From positions 5,146,001 to 5,210,000 of the forward strand of contig JASTWF010000034.1 in NCBI GenBank assembly GCA_030390025.1: a stretch of DNA of 64,000 nucleotides, written 5' to 3'. The notes beneath the pieces are model-generated. The model made no database searches and had not been told where the DNA came from. It saw nothing but the letters and a program-made list of their open reading frames with translations. A program made the translations under genes and the position numbers. This DNA comes from Squalus acanthias. Taxonomy: Eukaryota. Numbering within the stretch: position 1 is the stretch's first letter; every line of letters begins with the position of its first letter. Shown piece by piece: positions 35,817-50,076 of the stretch.

Positions 35817-37169
35817 GTCGGTTAGCAATTCGCTCGACGCAGGTTTTTAGGTTTCGATGTCCCACAGGGCTGTGTGTTAGCGAAATAAATTTCAGCATCC
35901 AGGATGTATTGAAAGCGATAGCATGGCCCTCAAATAGCCCAGAGACCCGGACACCGCAACACCCGTGTTGGGAGGCTCAAATGGCTGCACAATGTCACAA
36001 GGACGCTCAGTATTACACCACCCACAATGGGACAGACACAGAATGAGTCACAGAAAACCAGCAAGGGTATGTCAGGCAACACAAAGGGATGGACAGAGAA
36101 AGACATTGAGGAAACTAGTGAGAGCGACACAAACAGACTGAATAAAATGAGGGACAGACTAAGACTGAGGGAAAGACCGAGACGGCGAGAGAAACAGAGA
36201 GGGAGATAGACAAACAGGGAAACGGAGAGTGAAATGAAGAGAGAGACCTGCATGAAGGTGCTTTCTGCTGTGTAAAGTTTTTCCCTGTTGTGTAAAGGCC
36301 AACAGCACCATCTGGTGGTGGAGAAGCGGCGCTGCTGGAATGCGTTGAGAGTAGGGGAAGGCCCAGGCTGCAACAAGTTTGCAGCATTTGCAATTTATGT
36401 TGGTGCGAACAAAGTGATTTGTAAGTTGTGTTGCAGCTTTTTGTGTTTATTGCAAGAAGGAAGTTGCTGGAAGTAAAGCCTAAAGTGTGATAAAAATACC
36501 TGCCGCATTGAGCCTGAAATTTACCACAATTATAAGTGGAGGGAACAATAGGGAATATTTGCCGTCCTAATAACAAGTTCTTCAGAATAATGGCATGAAA
36601 AACACATCTGACTCTCATTCTGAACACAGACTCCAGCTCACCAAATGTTTATACAGAATGGATCTTCTCTTCCCATTGTCTTAATGTAACTTTCACTGTC
36701 TGGATAGGTTAGATTGCAAAAACATTTTCGTGTTATATAAATCGGATTGTAGCAGAGGAGCAGATGGGAGGTGCTGTTCAAACGGTAAGTTTGTAAGGGC
36801 GAACGGGGAAACGATGGCGAGATGGTGTTTGCGAGAGTGACAGCAATGGTGAGCGCGTTTGACAGATTGCAAGAAATGGAAGAAACAAATATGTGAAAGT
36901 GGTGTACATCTGAATACGTGAGACGCAGCAGGTGTGGAGACGAGTGAGTGAACGGTCGGAATCCAGTTGGTTGGGTGACGGTGTATGCCGTGTTCGGTGC
37001 TGGGTTCAGGCCAATTCTGGAACCGTGGAAATTCTGCAAATCGTATCTGCCTGTCAATAACAACTGAAGGACAAAGGTGAAGAAGTGACATAATACTGAA
37101 CAAAACAGGCCCAACTGCACGATTTTCTGCTGCTGACGAAGCGACGAAATTTATGAATGCCGCAATATC

Positions 37170-37251
37170 TGGCAGCGGTGGGATTCGAACCCACGCCCCC
37201 GCAGAGACTGGAGTCTAAATCCAGCGCCTTAGACCGCTCGGCCACGCTACC
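37170..37251 (-). tRNA. TRNAL-UAG: tRNA-Leu(TAG), unit 2 (A instead of G at position 37)
   Basis: 82-nt match; anticodon loop TT-TAG-AC. Confidence 0.9.
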
Positions 37252-37570
37252 ACATGAAGCAGCTTGGCTTCTGAAACTAGAAACTGGTGATTGAAATGTG
37301 GCTTGGTCTTGTAAAAACAAAGGGGAAACAAAAGGAAATTAAATTCGTGAACGCCAATCTCTTTTCTGATGCAACCCACTAGATCAGAAGAAGCTGCGTG
37401 TTCACAGGGCAACACTAATAAATAGATGTTTGTTGGGCCACCACCATTGCATATTTAATTCATAATTTATACCTGTTGTGTATTGCAAGCAGGACGTTGG
37501 TGCAAGTAAAGTGTGATAAAATTGTGGGTAGCAATACTGTTTTTATTGTTGTTGAAAATAACAATGCAAA

Positions 37571-37642
37571 TAGCAGAGGATGGTTTCGATCCATCGACCT
37601 CTGGGTTATGGGCCCAGCACGCTTCCGCTGCGCCACTCTGCT
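37571..37642 (-). tRNA. TRNAM-CAU: initiator tRNA-Met(CAT), unit 2, intact
   Basis: 72-nt canonical sequence. Confidence 0.96.
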
Positions 37643-38995
37643 GTCGGTTAGCAATTCGCTCGACGCAGGTTTTTAGGTTTCGATGTCCCACAGGGCTGTG
37701 TGTTAGCGAAATAAATTTCAGCATCCAGGATGTTTTGAAAGCGATAGCATGGCCCTCAAATAGCCCAGAGACCCGGACACCGCAACACCCGTGTTGGGAG
37801 GCTCAAATGGCTGCACAATGTCACAAGGACGCTCAGTATTACACCACCCACAATGGGACAGACACAGAATGAGACACAGAAAACCAGCAAGGGTATGTCA
37901 GGCCACACAAAGGGAAGGACAGAGAAAGACACTGAGGAAACTAGAGAGAGCGACACAAACAGACTGAATAAAATGAGGGACAGACAGAGACTGAGGGAAA
38001 GACCGAGACGGCGAGAGAAACAGAGAGGGAGATAGACAAACAGGGAAACGGAGAGTGAAATGAAGAGAGAGACCTGCATGAAGGTGCTTTCTGCTGTGTA
38101 AAGTTATTCCCTGTTGTGTAAAGGCCAACAGCACCATCTGGTGGTGGAGAAGCGGCGCTGCTGGAATGCGTTGAGAGTTGGGGAAGGCCCAGGCTGCAAC
38201 AAGTTTGCAGCATTTGCAACTTATGTTGGTGCGAACAAAGTGATTTTTAAGTTGTGTTGCAGCTTTTTGTGTTTATTGCAAGAAGGAAGTTGCTGGAAGT
38301 AAAGCCTAAAGTGTGATAAAAATACCTGCCGCATTGAGCCTGAAATTTACCACAATTATAAGTGGAGGGAACAATAGGGAATATTTGCCGTCCTAATCAC
38401 AAGTTCTTCAGAATAATGGCATGAAAAACACATCTGACTCTCATCCTGAACACAGAGTCCAGCTCACCAAATCTTTATACAGAATGGATCTTCTCTTCCC
38501 GTTGTCTTAATGTAACTTTCACTGTCTGGATAGGTTAGATTGAAAAAACATATTCGTGTTATATAAATCGGATTGTAGCAGAGGAGCAGATGGGAGGTGC
38601 TGTTCAAACGGTAAGTTTGTAAGGGCGAACGGGGAAACGACGGCGAGATGGTGTTTGCGAGAGTGACAGCAATGGTGAGCGCGTTTGACAGATTGCAAGA
38701 AATGGAAGAAACAAATATGTGAAAGTGGTGTACATCTGAATACGTGAGACGCAGCAGGTGTGGAGACGAGTGAGTGAACGGTCTGAATTCAGTTGGTTGG
38801 GTGACGGTGTTTGCCGTGTTCGGTGCTGGGTTCAGGCCAATTATGGAACCGTGGAAATTCTGCAAATCGTATCTGCCTGTCAATAACAACTGAAGGACAA
38901 AGGTGAAGAAGTGACATAATACTGAACAAAACAGGCCCACCTGCACGATTTTCTGCTGCTGACGAAGCGACGAAATTTATGAATGCCGCAATATC

Positions 38996-39077
38996 TGGCA
39001 GCGGTGGGATTCGAACCCACGCCCCCGCAGAGACTGGAGCCTAAATCCAGCGCCTTAGACCGCTCGGCCACGCTACC
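38996..39077 (-). tRNA. TRNAL-UAG: tRNA-Leu(TAG), unit 3
   Basis: 82-nt array-consensus sequence, all stems pair. Confidence 0.94.
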
Positions 39078-39407
39078 ACATGAAGCAACTTGGCTTCTGA
39101 AACTAGAAACTGGTGATTGAAATGTGGCTTGGTCTTGTAAAAACAAAGGGGAAACAAAAGGAAATTGAATTCGTGAACGCCAATCTCTTTTCTGATGCAA
39201 CCCACTAGATCAGAAGAAGCTGCGTGTTCACAGGGCAACACTAATAAATAGATGTTTGTTGGGCCACCGCCATTGTATATTTAATTCATAATTTATACCT
39301 GTTGTGTATTGCAAGCAGGACGTTGGTGCAAGTAAAGTGTGATAAAATTATGATGTGATTGTGGGTAGCAATACTGTTTTTATTGTTGTTGAAAATAACA
39401 ATGCAAA

Positions 39408-39479
39408 TAGCAGAGGATGGTTTCGATCCATCGACCTCTGGGTTATGGGCCCAGCACGCTTCCGCTGCGCCACTCTGCT
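39408..39479 (-). tRNA. TRNAM-CAU: initiator tRNA-Met(CAT), unit 3, intact
   Basis: 72-nt canonical sequence. Confidence 0.96.
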
Positions 39480-40832
39480 GTCGGTTAGCAATTCGCTCGA
39501 AGCAGGTTTTTAGGTTTCGATGTCCCACAGGGCTGTGTGTTAGCGAAATAAATTTCAGCATCCAGGATGTATTGAAAGCGATAGCATGGCCCTCAAATAG
39601 CCCAGAGACCCGGACACCGCAACACCCGTGTTGGGAGGCTCAAATGGCTGCACAATGTCACAAGGACGCTCAGTATTACACCACCCACAATGGGACAGAC
39701 ACAGAATGAGACACAGAAAACCAGCAAGGGTATGTCAGGCCACACAAAGGGAAGGACAGAGAAAGACATTGAGGAAACTAGAGAGAGCGACACAAACAGA
39801 CTGAATAAAATGAGGGACAGACAGAGACTGAGGGAAAGACCGAGACGGCGAGAGAAACAGAGAGGGAGATAGACAAACAGGGAAACGGAGAGTGAAATGA
39901 AGAGAGAGACCTGCATGAAGGTGCTTTCTGCTGTGTAAAGTTATTCCCTGTTGTGTAAAGGCCAACAGCACCATCTGGTGGTGGAGAAGCGGCGCTGCTG
40001 GAATGCGTTGAGAGTTGGGGAAGGCCCAGGCTGCAACAAGTTTGCAGCATTTGCAACTTATGTTGGTGCGAACAAAGTGATTTTTAAGTTGTGTTGCAGC
40101 TTTTTGTGTTTATTGCAAGAAGGAAGTTGCTGGAAGTAAAGCCTAAAGTGTGATAAAAATACCTGCCGCATTGAGCCTGAAATTTACCACAATTATAAGT
40201 GGAGGGAACAATAGGGAATATTTGCCGTCCTAATCACAAGTTCTTCAGAATAATGGCATGAAAAACACATCTGACTCTCATCCTGAACACAGAGTCCAGC
40301 TCACCAAATCTTTATACAGAATGGATCTTCTCTTCCCGTTGTCTTAATGTATCTTTCTCTGTCTGGATAGGTTAGATTGAAAAAACATATTCGTGTTATA
40401 TAAATCGGATTGTAGCAGAGGAGCAGATGGGAGGTGCTGTTCAAACGGTAAGTTTGTAAGGGCGAACGGGGAAACGACGGCGAGATGGTGTTTGCGAGAG
40501 TGACAGCAATGGTGAGCGCGTTTGACAGATTGCAAGAAATGGAAGAAACAAATATGTGAAAGTGGTGTACATCTGAATACGTGAGACGCAGCAGGTGTGG
40601 AGACGAGTGAGTGAACGGTCTGAATTCAGTTGGTTGGGTGACGGTGTTTGCCGTGTTCGGTGCTGGGTTCAGGCCAATTATGGAACCGAGGAAATTCTGC
40701 AAATCGTATCTGCCTGTCAATAACAACTGAAGGACAAAGGTGAAGAAGTGACATAATACTGAACAAAACATGCCCACCTGCACGATTTTCTGCTGCTGAC
40801 GAAGCGACGAAATTTAGGAATGCCGCAATAGC

Positions 40833-40914
40833 TGGCAGCGGTGGGATTCGAACCCACGCCCCCGCAGTGACTGGAGCCTAAATCCAGCGCCTTAGACCGC
40901 TCGGCCACGCTACC
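40833..40914 (-). tRNA. TRNAL-UAG: tRNA-Leu(TAG), unit 4 (variable-arm substitution)
   Basis: 82-nt match; variable arm TCACTGCGG. Confidence 0.9.
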
Positions 40915-41244
40915 ACATGAAGCAGCTTGGCTTCTGAAACTAGAAACTGGTGATTGAAATGCGGCTTGGTCTTGTAAAAACAAAGGGGAAACAAAAGGAA
41001 ATTGAATTCGTGAACGCCAATCTCTTTTCTGATGCAACCCACTAGATCAGAAGAAGCTGCGTGTTCACAGGGCAACACTAATAAATAGATGTTTGTTGGG
41101 CCACCGCCATTGTATATTTAATTCATAATTTATACCTGTTGTGTATTGCAAGCAGGACGTTGGTGCAAGTAAAGTGTGATAAAATTATGATGTGATTGTG
41201 GGTAGCAATACTGTTTTTATTGTTGTTGAAAATAACAATGCAAA

Positions 41245-41316
41245 TAGCAGAGGATGGTTTCGATCCATCGACCTCTGGGTTATGGGCCCAGCACGCTTCC
41301 GCTGCGCCACTCTGCT
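41245..41316 (-). tRNA. TRNAM-CAU: initiator tRNA-Met(CAT), unit 4, intact
   Basis: 72-nt canonical sequence. Confidence 0.96.
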
Positions 41317-42669
41317 GTCGGTTAGCAATTCGCTCGACGCAGGTTTTTAGGTTTCGATGTCCCACAGGGCTGTGTGTTAGCGAAATAAATTTCAGCATCC
41401 AGGATGTATTGAAAGCGATAGCATGGCCCTCAAATAGCCCAGAGACCCGGACACCGCAACACCCGTGTTGGGAGGCTCAAATGGCTGCACAATGTCACAA
41501 GGACGCTCAGTATTACACCACCCACAATGGGACAGACACAGAATGAGACACAGAAAACCAGCAAGGGTATGTCAGGCCACACAAAGGGAAGGACAGAGAA
41601 AGACATTGAGGAAACTAGAGAGAGCGACACAAACAGACTGAATAAAATGAGGGACAGACAGAGACTGAGGGAAAGACCGAGACGGCGAGAGAAACAGAGA
41701 GGGAGATAGACAAACAGGGAAACGGAGAGTGAAATGAAGAGAGAGACCTGCATGAAGGTGCTTTCTGCTGTGTAAAGTTATTCCCTGTTGTGTAAAGGCC
41801 AACAGCACCATCTGGTGGTGGAGAAGCGGCGCTGCTGGAATGCGTTGAGAGTTGGGGAAGGCCCAGGCTGCAACAAGTTTGCAGCATTTGCAACTTATGT
41901 TGGTGCGAACAAAGTGATTTTTAAGTTGTGTTGCAGCTTTTTGTGTTTATTGCAAGAAGGAAGTTGCTGGAAGTAAAGCCTAAAGTGTGATAAAAATACC
42001 TGCCGCATTGAGCCTGAAATTTACCACAATTATAAGTGGAGGGAACAATAGGGAATATTTGCCGTCCTAATCACAAGTTCTTCAGAATAATGGCATGAAA
42101 AACACATCTGACTCTCATCCTGAACACAGAGTCCAGCTCACCAAATCTTTATACAGAATGGATCTTCTCTTCCCGTTGTCTTAATGTAACTTTCACTGTC
42201 TGGATAGGTTAGATTGAAAAAACATATTCGTGTTATATAAATCGGATTGTAGCAGAGGAGCAGATGGGAGGTGCTGTTCAAACGGTAAGTTTGTAAGGGC
42301 GAACGGGGAAACGACGGCGAGATGGTGTTTGCGAGAGTGACAGCAATGGTGAGCGCGTTTGACAGATTGCAAGAAATGGAAGAAACAAATATGTGAAAGT
42401 GGTGTACATCTGAATACGTGAGACGCAGCAGGTGTGGAGACGAGTGAGTGAACGGTCTGAATTCAGTTGGTTGGGTGACGGTGTTTGCCGTGTTCGGTGC
42501 TGGGTTCAGGCCAATTATGGAACCGAGGAAATTCTGCAAATCGTATCTGCCTGTCAATAACAACTGAAGGACAAAGGTGAAGAAGTGACATAATACTGAA
42601 CAAAACAGGCCCACCTGCACGATTTTCTGCTGCTGACGAAGCGACGAAATTTATGAATGTCGCAATATC

Positions 42670-42751
42670 TGGCAGCGGTGGGATTCGAACCCACACCCCC
42701 GCAGAGACTGGAGCCTAAATCCAGCGCCTTAGACCGCTCGGCCACGCTACC
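42670..42751 (-). tRNA. TRNAL-UAG: tRNA-Leu(TAG), unit 5 (C>T just before the T stem)
   Basis: 82-nt match. Confidence 0.9.
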
Positions 42752-43081
42752 ACATGAAGTAGCTTGGATTCTGAAACGAGAAACTGGTGATTGAAATGCG
42801 GCTTGGTCTTGTAAAAACAAAGGGGAAACAAAAGGAAATTGAATTCGTGAACGCCAATCTCTTTTCTGATGCAACCCACTAGATCAGAAGAAGCTGCGTG
42901 TTCACAGGGCAACACTAATAAATAGATGTTTGTTGGGCCACCGCCATTGTATATTTAATTCATAATTTATACCTGTTGTGTATTGCAAGCAGGACGTTGG
43001 TGCAAGTAAAGTGTGATAAAATTATGATGTGATTGTGGGTAGCAATACTGTTTTTATTGTTGTTGAAAATAACAATGCAAA

Positions 43082-43153
43082 TAGCAGAGGATGGTTTCGA
43101 TCCATCGACCTCTGGGTTATGGGCCCAGCACGCTTCCGCTGCGCCACTCTGCT
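43082..43153 (-). tRNA. TRNAM-CAU: initiator tRNA-Met(CAT), unit 5, intact
   Basis: 72-nt canonical sequence. Confidence 0.96.
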
Positions 43154-44506
43154 GTCGGTTAGCAATTCGCTCGACGCAGGTTTTTAGGTTTCGATGTCCC
43201 ACAGGGCTGTGTGTTAGCGAAATAAATTTCAGCATCCAGGATGTATTGAAAGCGATAGCATGGCCCTCAAATAGCCCAGAGACCCGGACACCGCAACACC
43301 CGTGTTGGGAGGCTCAAATGGCTGCACAATGTCACAAGGACGCTCAGTATTACACCACCCACAATGGGACAGACACAGAATGAGACACAGAAAACCAGCA
43401 AGGGTATGTCAGGCCACACAAAGGGAAGGACAGAGAAAGACATTGAGGAAACTAGAGAGAGCGACACAAACAGACTGAATAAAATGAGGGACAGACAGAG
43501 ACTGAGGGAAAGACCGAGACGGCGAGAGAAACAGAGAGGGAGATAGACAAACAGGGAAACGGAGAGTGAAATGAAGAGAGAGACCTGCATGAAGGTGCTT
43601 TCTGCTGTGTAAAGTTATTCCCTGTTGTGTAAAGGCCAACAGCACCATCTGGTGGTGGAGAAGCGGCGCTGCTGGAATGCGTTGAGAGTTGGGGAAGGCC
43701 CAGGCTGCAACAAGTTTGCAGCATTTGCAACTTATGTTGGTGCGAACAAAGTGATTTTTAAGTTGTGTTGCAGCTTTTTGTGTTTATTGCAAGAAGGAAG
43801 TTGCTGGAAGTAAAGCCTAAAGTGTGATAAAAATACCTGCCGCATTGAGCCTGAAATTTACCACAATTATAAGTGGAGGGAACAATAGGGAATATTTGCC
43901 GTCCTAATCACAAGTTCTTCAGAATAATGGCATGAAAAACACATCTGACTCTCATCCTGAACACAGAGTCCAGCTCACCAAATGTTTATACAGAATGGAT
44001 CTTCTCTTCCCGTTGTCTTAATGTAACTTTCACTGTCTGGATAGGTTAGATTGAAAAAACATATTCGTGTTATATAAATCGGATTGTAGCAGAGGAGCAG
44101 ATGGGAGGTGCTGTTCAAACGGTAAGTTTGTAAGGGCGAACGGGGAAACGACGGCGAGATGGTGTTTGCGAGAGTGACAGCAATGGTGAGCGCGTTTGAC
44201 AGATTGCAAGAAATGGAAGAAACAAATATGTGAAAGTGGTGTACATCTGAATACGTGAGACGCAGCAGGTGTGGAGACGAGTGAGTGAACGGTCTGAATT
44301 CAGTTGGTTGGGTGACAGTGTTTGCCGTGTTCGGTGCTTGGTTTACGCCAATTATGGAACCGTGGAAATTCTGCAAATCGTATCTGCCTGTCAAGAACAA
44401 CTGAAGGACAAAGGTGAAGAAGTGACATAATACTGAACAAAACAGGCCCACCTGCACGATTTTCTGCTGCTGACGAAGCGACGAAATTTATGAATGCCGC
44501 AATATC

Positions 44507-44588
44507 TGGCAGCGGTGGGATTCGAACCCACGCCCCCGCAGAGACTGGAGCCTAAATCCAGCGCTTTCGACCGCTCGGCCACGCTACC
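44507..44588 (-). tRNA. TRNAL-UAG: tRNA-Leu(TAG), unit 6 (D-arm variant GGTCGAAAGC, D-stem mismatch)
   Basis: 82-nt match with two D-arm substitutions. Confidence 0.82.
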
Positions 44589-44918
44589 ACATGAAGCAGC
44601 TTGGCTTCTGAAACTAGAAACTGGTGATTGAAATGTGGCTTGGTCTTGTAAAAACAAAGGGGAAACAAAAGGAAATTGAATTCGTGAACGCCAATCTCTT
44701 TTCTGATGCAACCCACTAGATCAGAAGAAGCTGCGTGTTCACAGGGCAACACTAATAAATAGATGTTTGTTGGGCCACCGCCATTGTATATTTAATTCAT
44801 AATTTATACCTGTTGTGTATTGCAAGCAGGACGTTGGTGCAAGTAAAGTGTGATAAAATTATGATGTGATTGTGGGTAGCAATACTGTTTTTATTGTTGT
44901 TGAAAATAACAATGCAAA

Positions 44919-44990
44919 TAGCAGAGGATGGTTTCGATCCATCGACCTCTGGGTTATGGGCCCAGCACGCTTCCGCTGCGCCACTCTGCT
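44919..44990 (-). tRNA. TRNAM-CAU: initiator tRNA-Met(CAT), unit 6, intact
   Basis: 72-nt canonical sequence. Confidence 0.96.
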
Positions 44991-46343
44991 GTCGGTTAGC
45001 AATTCGCTCGACGCAGGTTTTTAGGTTTCGATGTCCCACAGGGCTGTGTGTTAGCGAAATAAATTTCAGCATCCAGGATGTTTTGAAAGCGATAGCATGG
45101 CCCTCAAATAGCCCAGAGACCCGGACACCGCAACACCCGTGTTGGGAGGCTCAAATGGCTGCACAATGTCACAAGGACGCTCAGTATTACACCACCCACA
45201 ATGGGACAGACACAGAATGAGACACAGAAAACCAGCAAGGGTATGTCAGGCCACACAAAGGGAAGGACAGAGAAAGACACTGAGGAAACTAGAGAGAGCG
45301 ACACAAACAGACTGAATAAAATGAGGGACAGACAGAGACTGAGGGAAAGACCGAGACGGCGAGAGAAACAGAGAGGGAGATAGACAAACAGGGAAACGGA
45401 GAGTGAAATGAAGAGAGAGACCTGCATGAAGGTGCTTTCTGCTGTGTAAAGTTATTCCCTGTTGTGTAAAGGCCAACAGCACCATCTGGTGGTGGAGAAG
45501 CGGCGCTGCTGGAATGCGTTGAGAGTTGGGGAAGGCCCAGGCTGCAACAAGTTTGCAGCATTTGCAACTTATGTTGGTGCGAACAAAGTGATTTTTAAGT
45601 TGTGTTGCAGCTTTTTGTGTTTATTGCAAGAAGGAAGTTGCTGGAAGTAAAGCCTAAAGTGTGATAAAAATACCTGCCGCATTGAGCCTGAAATTTACCA
45701 CAATTATAAGTGGAGGGAACAATAGGGAATATTTGCCGTCCTAATCACAAGTTCTTCAGAATAATGGCATGAAAAACACATCTGACTCTCATCCTGAACA
45801 CAGAGTCCAGCTCACCAAATGTTTATACAGAATGGATCTTCTCTTCCCGTTGTCTTAATGTAACTTTCACTGTCTGGATAGGTTAGATTGAAAAAACATA
45901 TTCTTGTTATATAAATCGGATTGTAGCAGAGGAGCAGATGGGAGGTGCTGTTCAAACGGTAAGTTTGTAAGGGCGAACGGGGAAACGACGGCGAGATGGT
46001 GTTTGCGAGAGTGACAGCAATGGTGAGCGCGTTTGACAGATTGCAAGAAATGGAAGAAACAAATATGTGAAAGTGGTGTACATCTGAATACGTGAGACGC
46101 AGCAGGTGTGGAGACGAGTGAGTGAACGGTCTGAATTCAGTTGGTTGGGTGACAGTGTTTGCCGTGTTCGGTGCTTGGTTTACGCCAATTATGGAACCGT
46201 GGAAATTCTGCAAATCGTATCTGCCTGTCAAGAACAACTGAAGGACAAAGGTGAAGAAGTGACATAATACTGAACAAAACAGGCCCACCTGCACGATTTT
46301 CTGCTGCTGACGAAGCGACGAAATTTATGAATGCCGCAATATC

Positions 46344-46425
46344 TGGCAGCGGTGGGATTCGAACCCACGCCCCCGCAGAGACTGGAGCCTAAATCCAGCG
46401 CCTTAGACCGCTCGGCCACGCTACC
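46344..46425 (-). tRNA. TRNAL-UAG: tRNA-Leu(TAG), unit 7
   Basis: 82-nt array-consensus sequence. Confidence 0.94.
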
Positions 46426-46755
46426 ACATGAAGCAGCTTGGCTTCTGAAACTAGAAACTGGTGATTGAAATGTGGCTTGGTCTTGTAAAAACATAGGGGA
46501 AACAAAAGGAAATTGAATTCGTGAACGACAATCTCTTTTCTGATGCAACCCACTAGATCAGAAGAAGCTGCCTGTTCACAGGGCAACACTAATAAATAGA
46601 TGTTTGTTGGGCCACCGCCATTGTATATTTAATTCATAATTTATACCTGTTGTGTATTGCAAGCAGGACGTTGGTGCAAGTAAAGTGTGATAAAATTATG
46701 ATGTGATTGTGGGTAGCAATACTGTTTTTATTGTTGTTGAAAATAACAATGCAAA

Positions 46756-46827
46756 TAGCAGAGGATGGTTTCGATCCATCGACCTCTGGGTTATGGGCCC
46801 AGCACGCTTCCGCTGCGCCACTCAGCA
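46756..46827 (-). tRNA. TRNAM-CAU: initiator tRNA-Met variant, unit 7: 11-bp deletion, 5' end TGCTGAG instead of AGCAGAG; possibly non-functional
   Basis: Plus strand GCCACTC|AGCAATT versus intact GCCACTCTGCTGTCGGTTAGCAATT. Confidence 0.8.
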
Positions 46828-48169
46828 ATTCGCTCGACGCAGGTTTTTAGGTTTCGATGTCCCACAGGGCTGTGTGTTAGCGAAATAAATTTCAGCATCC
46901 AGGATGTTTTGAAAGCGATAGCATGGCCCTCAAATAGCCCAGAGACCCGGACACCGCAACACCCGTGTTGGGAGGCTCAAATGGCTGCACAATGTCACAA
47001 GGACGCTCAGTATTACACCACCCACAATGGGACAGACACAGAATGAGACACAGAAAACCAGCAAGGGTATGTCAGGCCACACAAAGGGAAGGACAGAGAA
47101 AGACACTGAGGAAACTAGAGAGAGAGACACAAACAGACTGAATAAAATGAGGGACAGACAGAGACTGAGGGAAAGACCGAGACGGCGAGAGAAACAGAGA
47201 GGGAGATAGACAAACAGGGAAACGGAGAGTGAAATGAAGAGAGAGACCTGCATGAAGGTGCTTTCTGCTGTGTAAAGTTATTCCCTGTTGTGTAAAGGCC
47301 AACAGCACCATCTGGTGGTGGAGAAGCGGCGCTGCTGGAATGCGTTGAGAGTTGGGGAAGGCCCAGGCTGCAACAAGTTTGCAGCATTTGCAACTTATGT
47401 TGGTGCGAACAAAGTGATTTTTAAGTTGTGTTGCAGCTTTTTGTGTTTATTGCAAGAAGGAAGTTGCTGGAAGTAAAGCCTAAAGTGTGATAAAAATACC
47501 TGCCGCATTGAGCCTGAAATTTACCACAATTATAAGTGGAGGGAACAATAGGGAATATTTGCCGTCCTAATCACAAGTTCTTCAGAATAATGGCATGAAA
47601 AACACATCTGACTCTCATCCTGAACACAGAGTCCAGCTCACCAAATGTTTATACAGAATGGATCTTCTCTTCCCGTTGTCTTAATGTAACTTTCACTGTC
47701 TGGATAGGTTAGATTGAAAAAACATATTCGTGTTATATAAATCGGATTGTAGCAGAGGAGCAGATGGGAGGTGCTGTTCAAACGGTAAGTTTGTAAGGGC
47801 GAACCGGGAAACGACGGCGAGATGGTGTTTGCGAGAGTGACAGCAATGGTGAGCGCGTTTGACAGATTGCAAGAAATGGAAGAAACAAATATGTGAAAGT
47901 GGTGTACATCTGAATACGTGAGACGCAGCAGGTGTGGAGACGAGTGAGTGAACGGTCTGAATTCAGTTGGTTGGGTGACAGTGTTTGCCGTGTTCGGTGC
48001 TTGGTTTACGCCAATTATGGAACCGTGGAAATTCTGCAAATCGTATCTGCCTGTCAATAACAACTGAAGGACAAAGGTGAAGAAGTGACATAATACTGAA
48101 CAAAACAGGCCCACCTGCACGATTTTCTGCTGCTGACGAAGCGACGAAATTTATGAATGCCGCAATATC

Positions 48170-48251
48170 TGGCAGCGGTGGGATTCGAACCCACGCCCCC
48201 GCAGAGACTGGAGCCTAAATCCAGCGCCTTAGACCGCTCGGCCACGCTACC
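48170..48251 (-). tRNA. TRNAL-UAG: tRNA-Leu(TAG), unit 8
   Basis: 82-nt array-consensus sequence. Confidence 0.94.
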
Positions 48252-48581
48252 ACATGAAGCAGCTTGGCTTCTGAAACTAGAAACTGGTGATTGAAATGTG
48301 GCTTGGTCTTGTAAAAACAAAGGGGAAACAAAAGGAAATTGAATTCGTGAACGCCAATCTCTTTTCTGATGCAACCCACTAGATCAGAAGAAGCTGCGTG
48401 TTCACAGGGCAACACTAATAAATAGATGTTTGTTGGGCCACCGCCATTGTATATTTAATTCATAATTTATACCTGTTGTGTATTGCAAGCAGGACGTTGG
48501 TGCAAGTAAAGTGTGATAAAATTATGATGTGATTGTGGGTAGCAATACTGTTTTTATTGTTGTTGAAAATAACAATGCAAA

Positions 48582-48653
48582 TAGCAGAGGATGGTTTCGA
48601 TCCATCGACCTCTGGGTTATGGGCCCAGCACGCTTCCGCTGCGCCACTCAGCA
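48582..48653 (-). tRNA. TRNAM-CAU: initiator tRNA-Met variant, unit 8 (11-bp deletion)
   Basis: Same junction as unit 7. Confidence 0.8.
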
Positions 48654-49996
48654 ATTCGCTCGACGCAGGTTTTTAGGTTTCGATGTCCCACAGGGCTGTG
48701 TGTTAGCGAAATAAATTTCAGCATCCAGGATGTTTTGAAAGCGATAGCATGGCCCTCAAATAGCCCAGAGACCCGGACACCGCAACACCCGTGTTGGGAG
48801 GCTCAAATGGCTGCACAATGTCACAAGGACGCTCAGTATTACACCACCCACAATGGGACAGACACAGAATGAGACACAGAAAACCAGCAAGGGTATGTCA
48901 GGCCACACAAAGGGAAGGACAGAGAAAGACACTGAGGAAACTAGAGAGAGCGACACAAACAGACTGAATAAAATGAGGGACAGACAGAGACTGAGGGAAA
49001 GACCGAGACGGCGAGAGAAACAGAGAGGGAGATAGACAAACAGGGAAACGGAGAGTGAAATGAAGAGAGAGACCTGCATGAAGGTGCTTTCTGCTGTGTA
49101 AAGTTATTCCCTGTTGTGTAAAGGCCAACAGCACCATCTGGTGGTGGAGAAGCGGCGCTGCTGGAATGCGTTGAGAGTTGGGGAAGGCCCAGGCTGCAAC
49201 AAGTTTGCAGCATTTGCAACTTATGTTGGTGCGAACAAAGTGATTTTTAAGTTGTGTTGCAGCTTTTTGTGTTTATTGCAAGAAGGAAGTTGCTGGAAGT
49301 AAAGCCTAAAGTGTGATAAAAATACCTGCCGCATTGAGCCTGAAATTTACCACAATTATAAGTGGAGGGAACAATAGGGAATATTTGCCGTCCTAATCAC
49401 AAGTTCTTCAGAATAGTGGCATGAAAAACACATCTGACTCTCATCCTGAACACAGAGTCCAGCTCACCAAATGTTTATACAGAATGGATCTTCTCTTCCC
49501 GTTGTCTTAATGTAACTTTCACTGTCTGGATAGGTTAGATTGAAAAAACATATTCGTGTTATATAAATCGGATTGTAGCAGAGGAGCAGATGGGAGGTGC
49601 TGTTCAAACGGTAAGTTTGTAAGGGCGAACGGGGAAACGACGGCGAGATGGTGTTTGCGAGAGTGACAGCAATGGTGAGCGCGTTTGACAGATTGCAAGA
49701 AATGGAAGAAACAAATATGTGAAAGTGGTGTACATCTGAATACGTGAGACGCAGCAGGTGTGGAGACGAGTGAGTGAACGGTCTGAATTCAGTTGGTTGG
49801 GTGACAGTGTTTGCCGTGTTCGGTGCTGGGTTTACGGCCAATTATGGAACCGTGGAAATTCTGCAAATCGTATCTGCCTGTCAAGAACAACTGAAGGACA
49901 AAGGTGAAGAAGTGACATAATACTGAACAAAACAGGCCCACCTGCACGATTTTCTGCTGCTGACGAAGCGACGAAATTTATGAATGCCGCAATATC

Positions 49997-50076
49997 TGGC
50001 AGCGGTGGGATTCGAACCACGCCCCCGCAGAGACTGGAGCCTAAATCCAGCGCTTAGACCGCTCGGCCACGCTACC
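49997..50076 (-). tRNA. TRNAL-UAG: tRNA-Leu(TAG), unit 9, two 1-bp deletions (pseudogene or consensus error)
   Basis: 80 nt; one base lost from each of two short C runs (T stem and D stem). Confidence 0.7.
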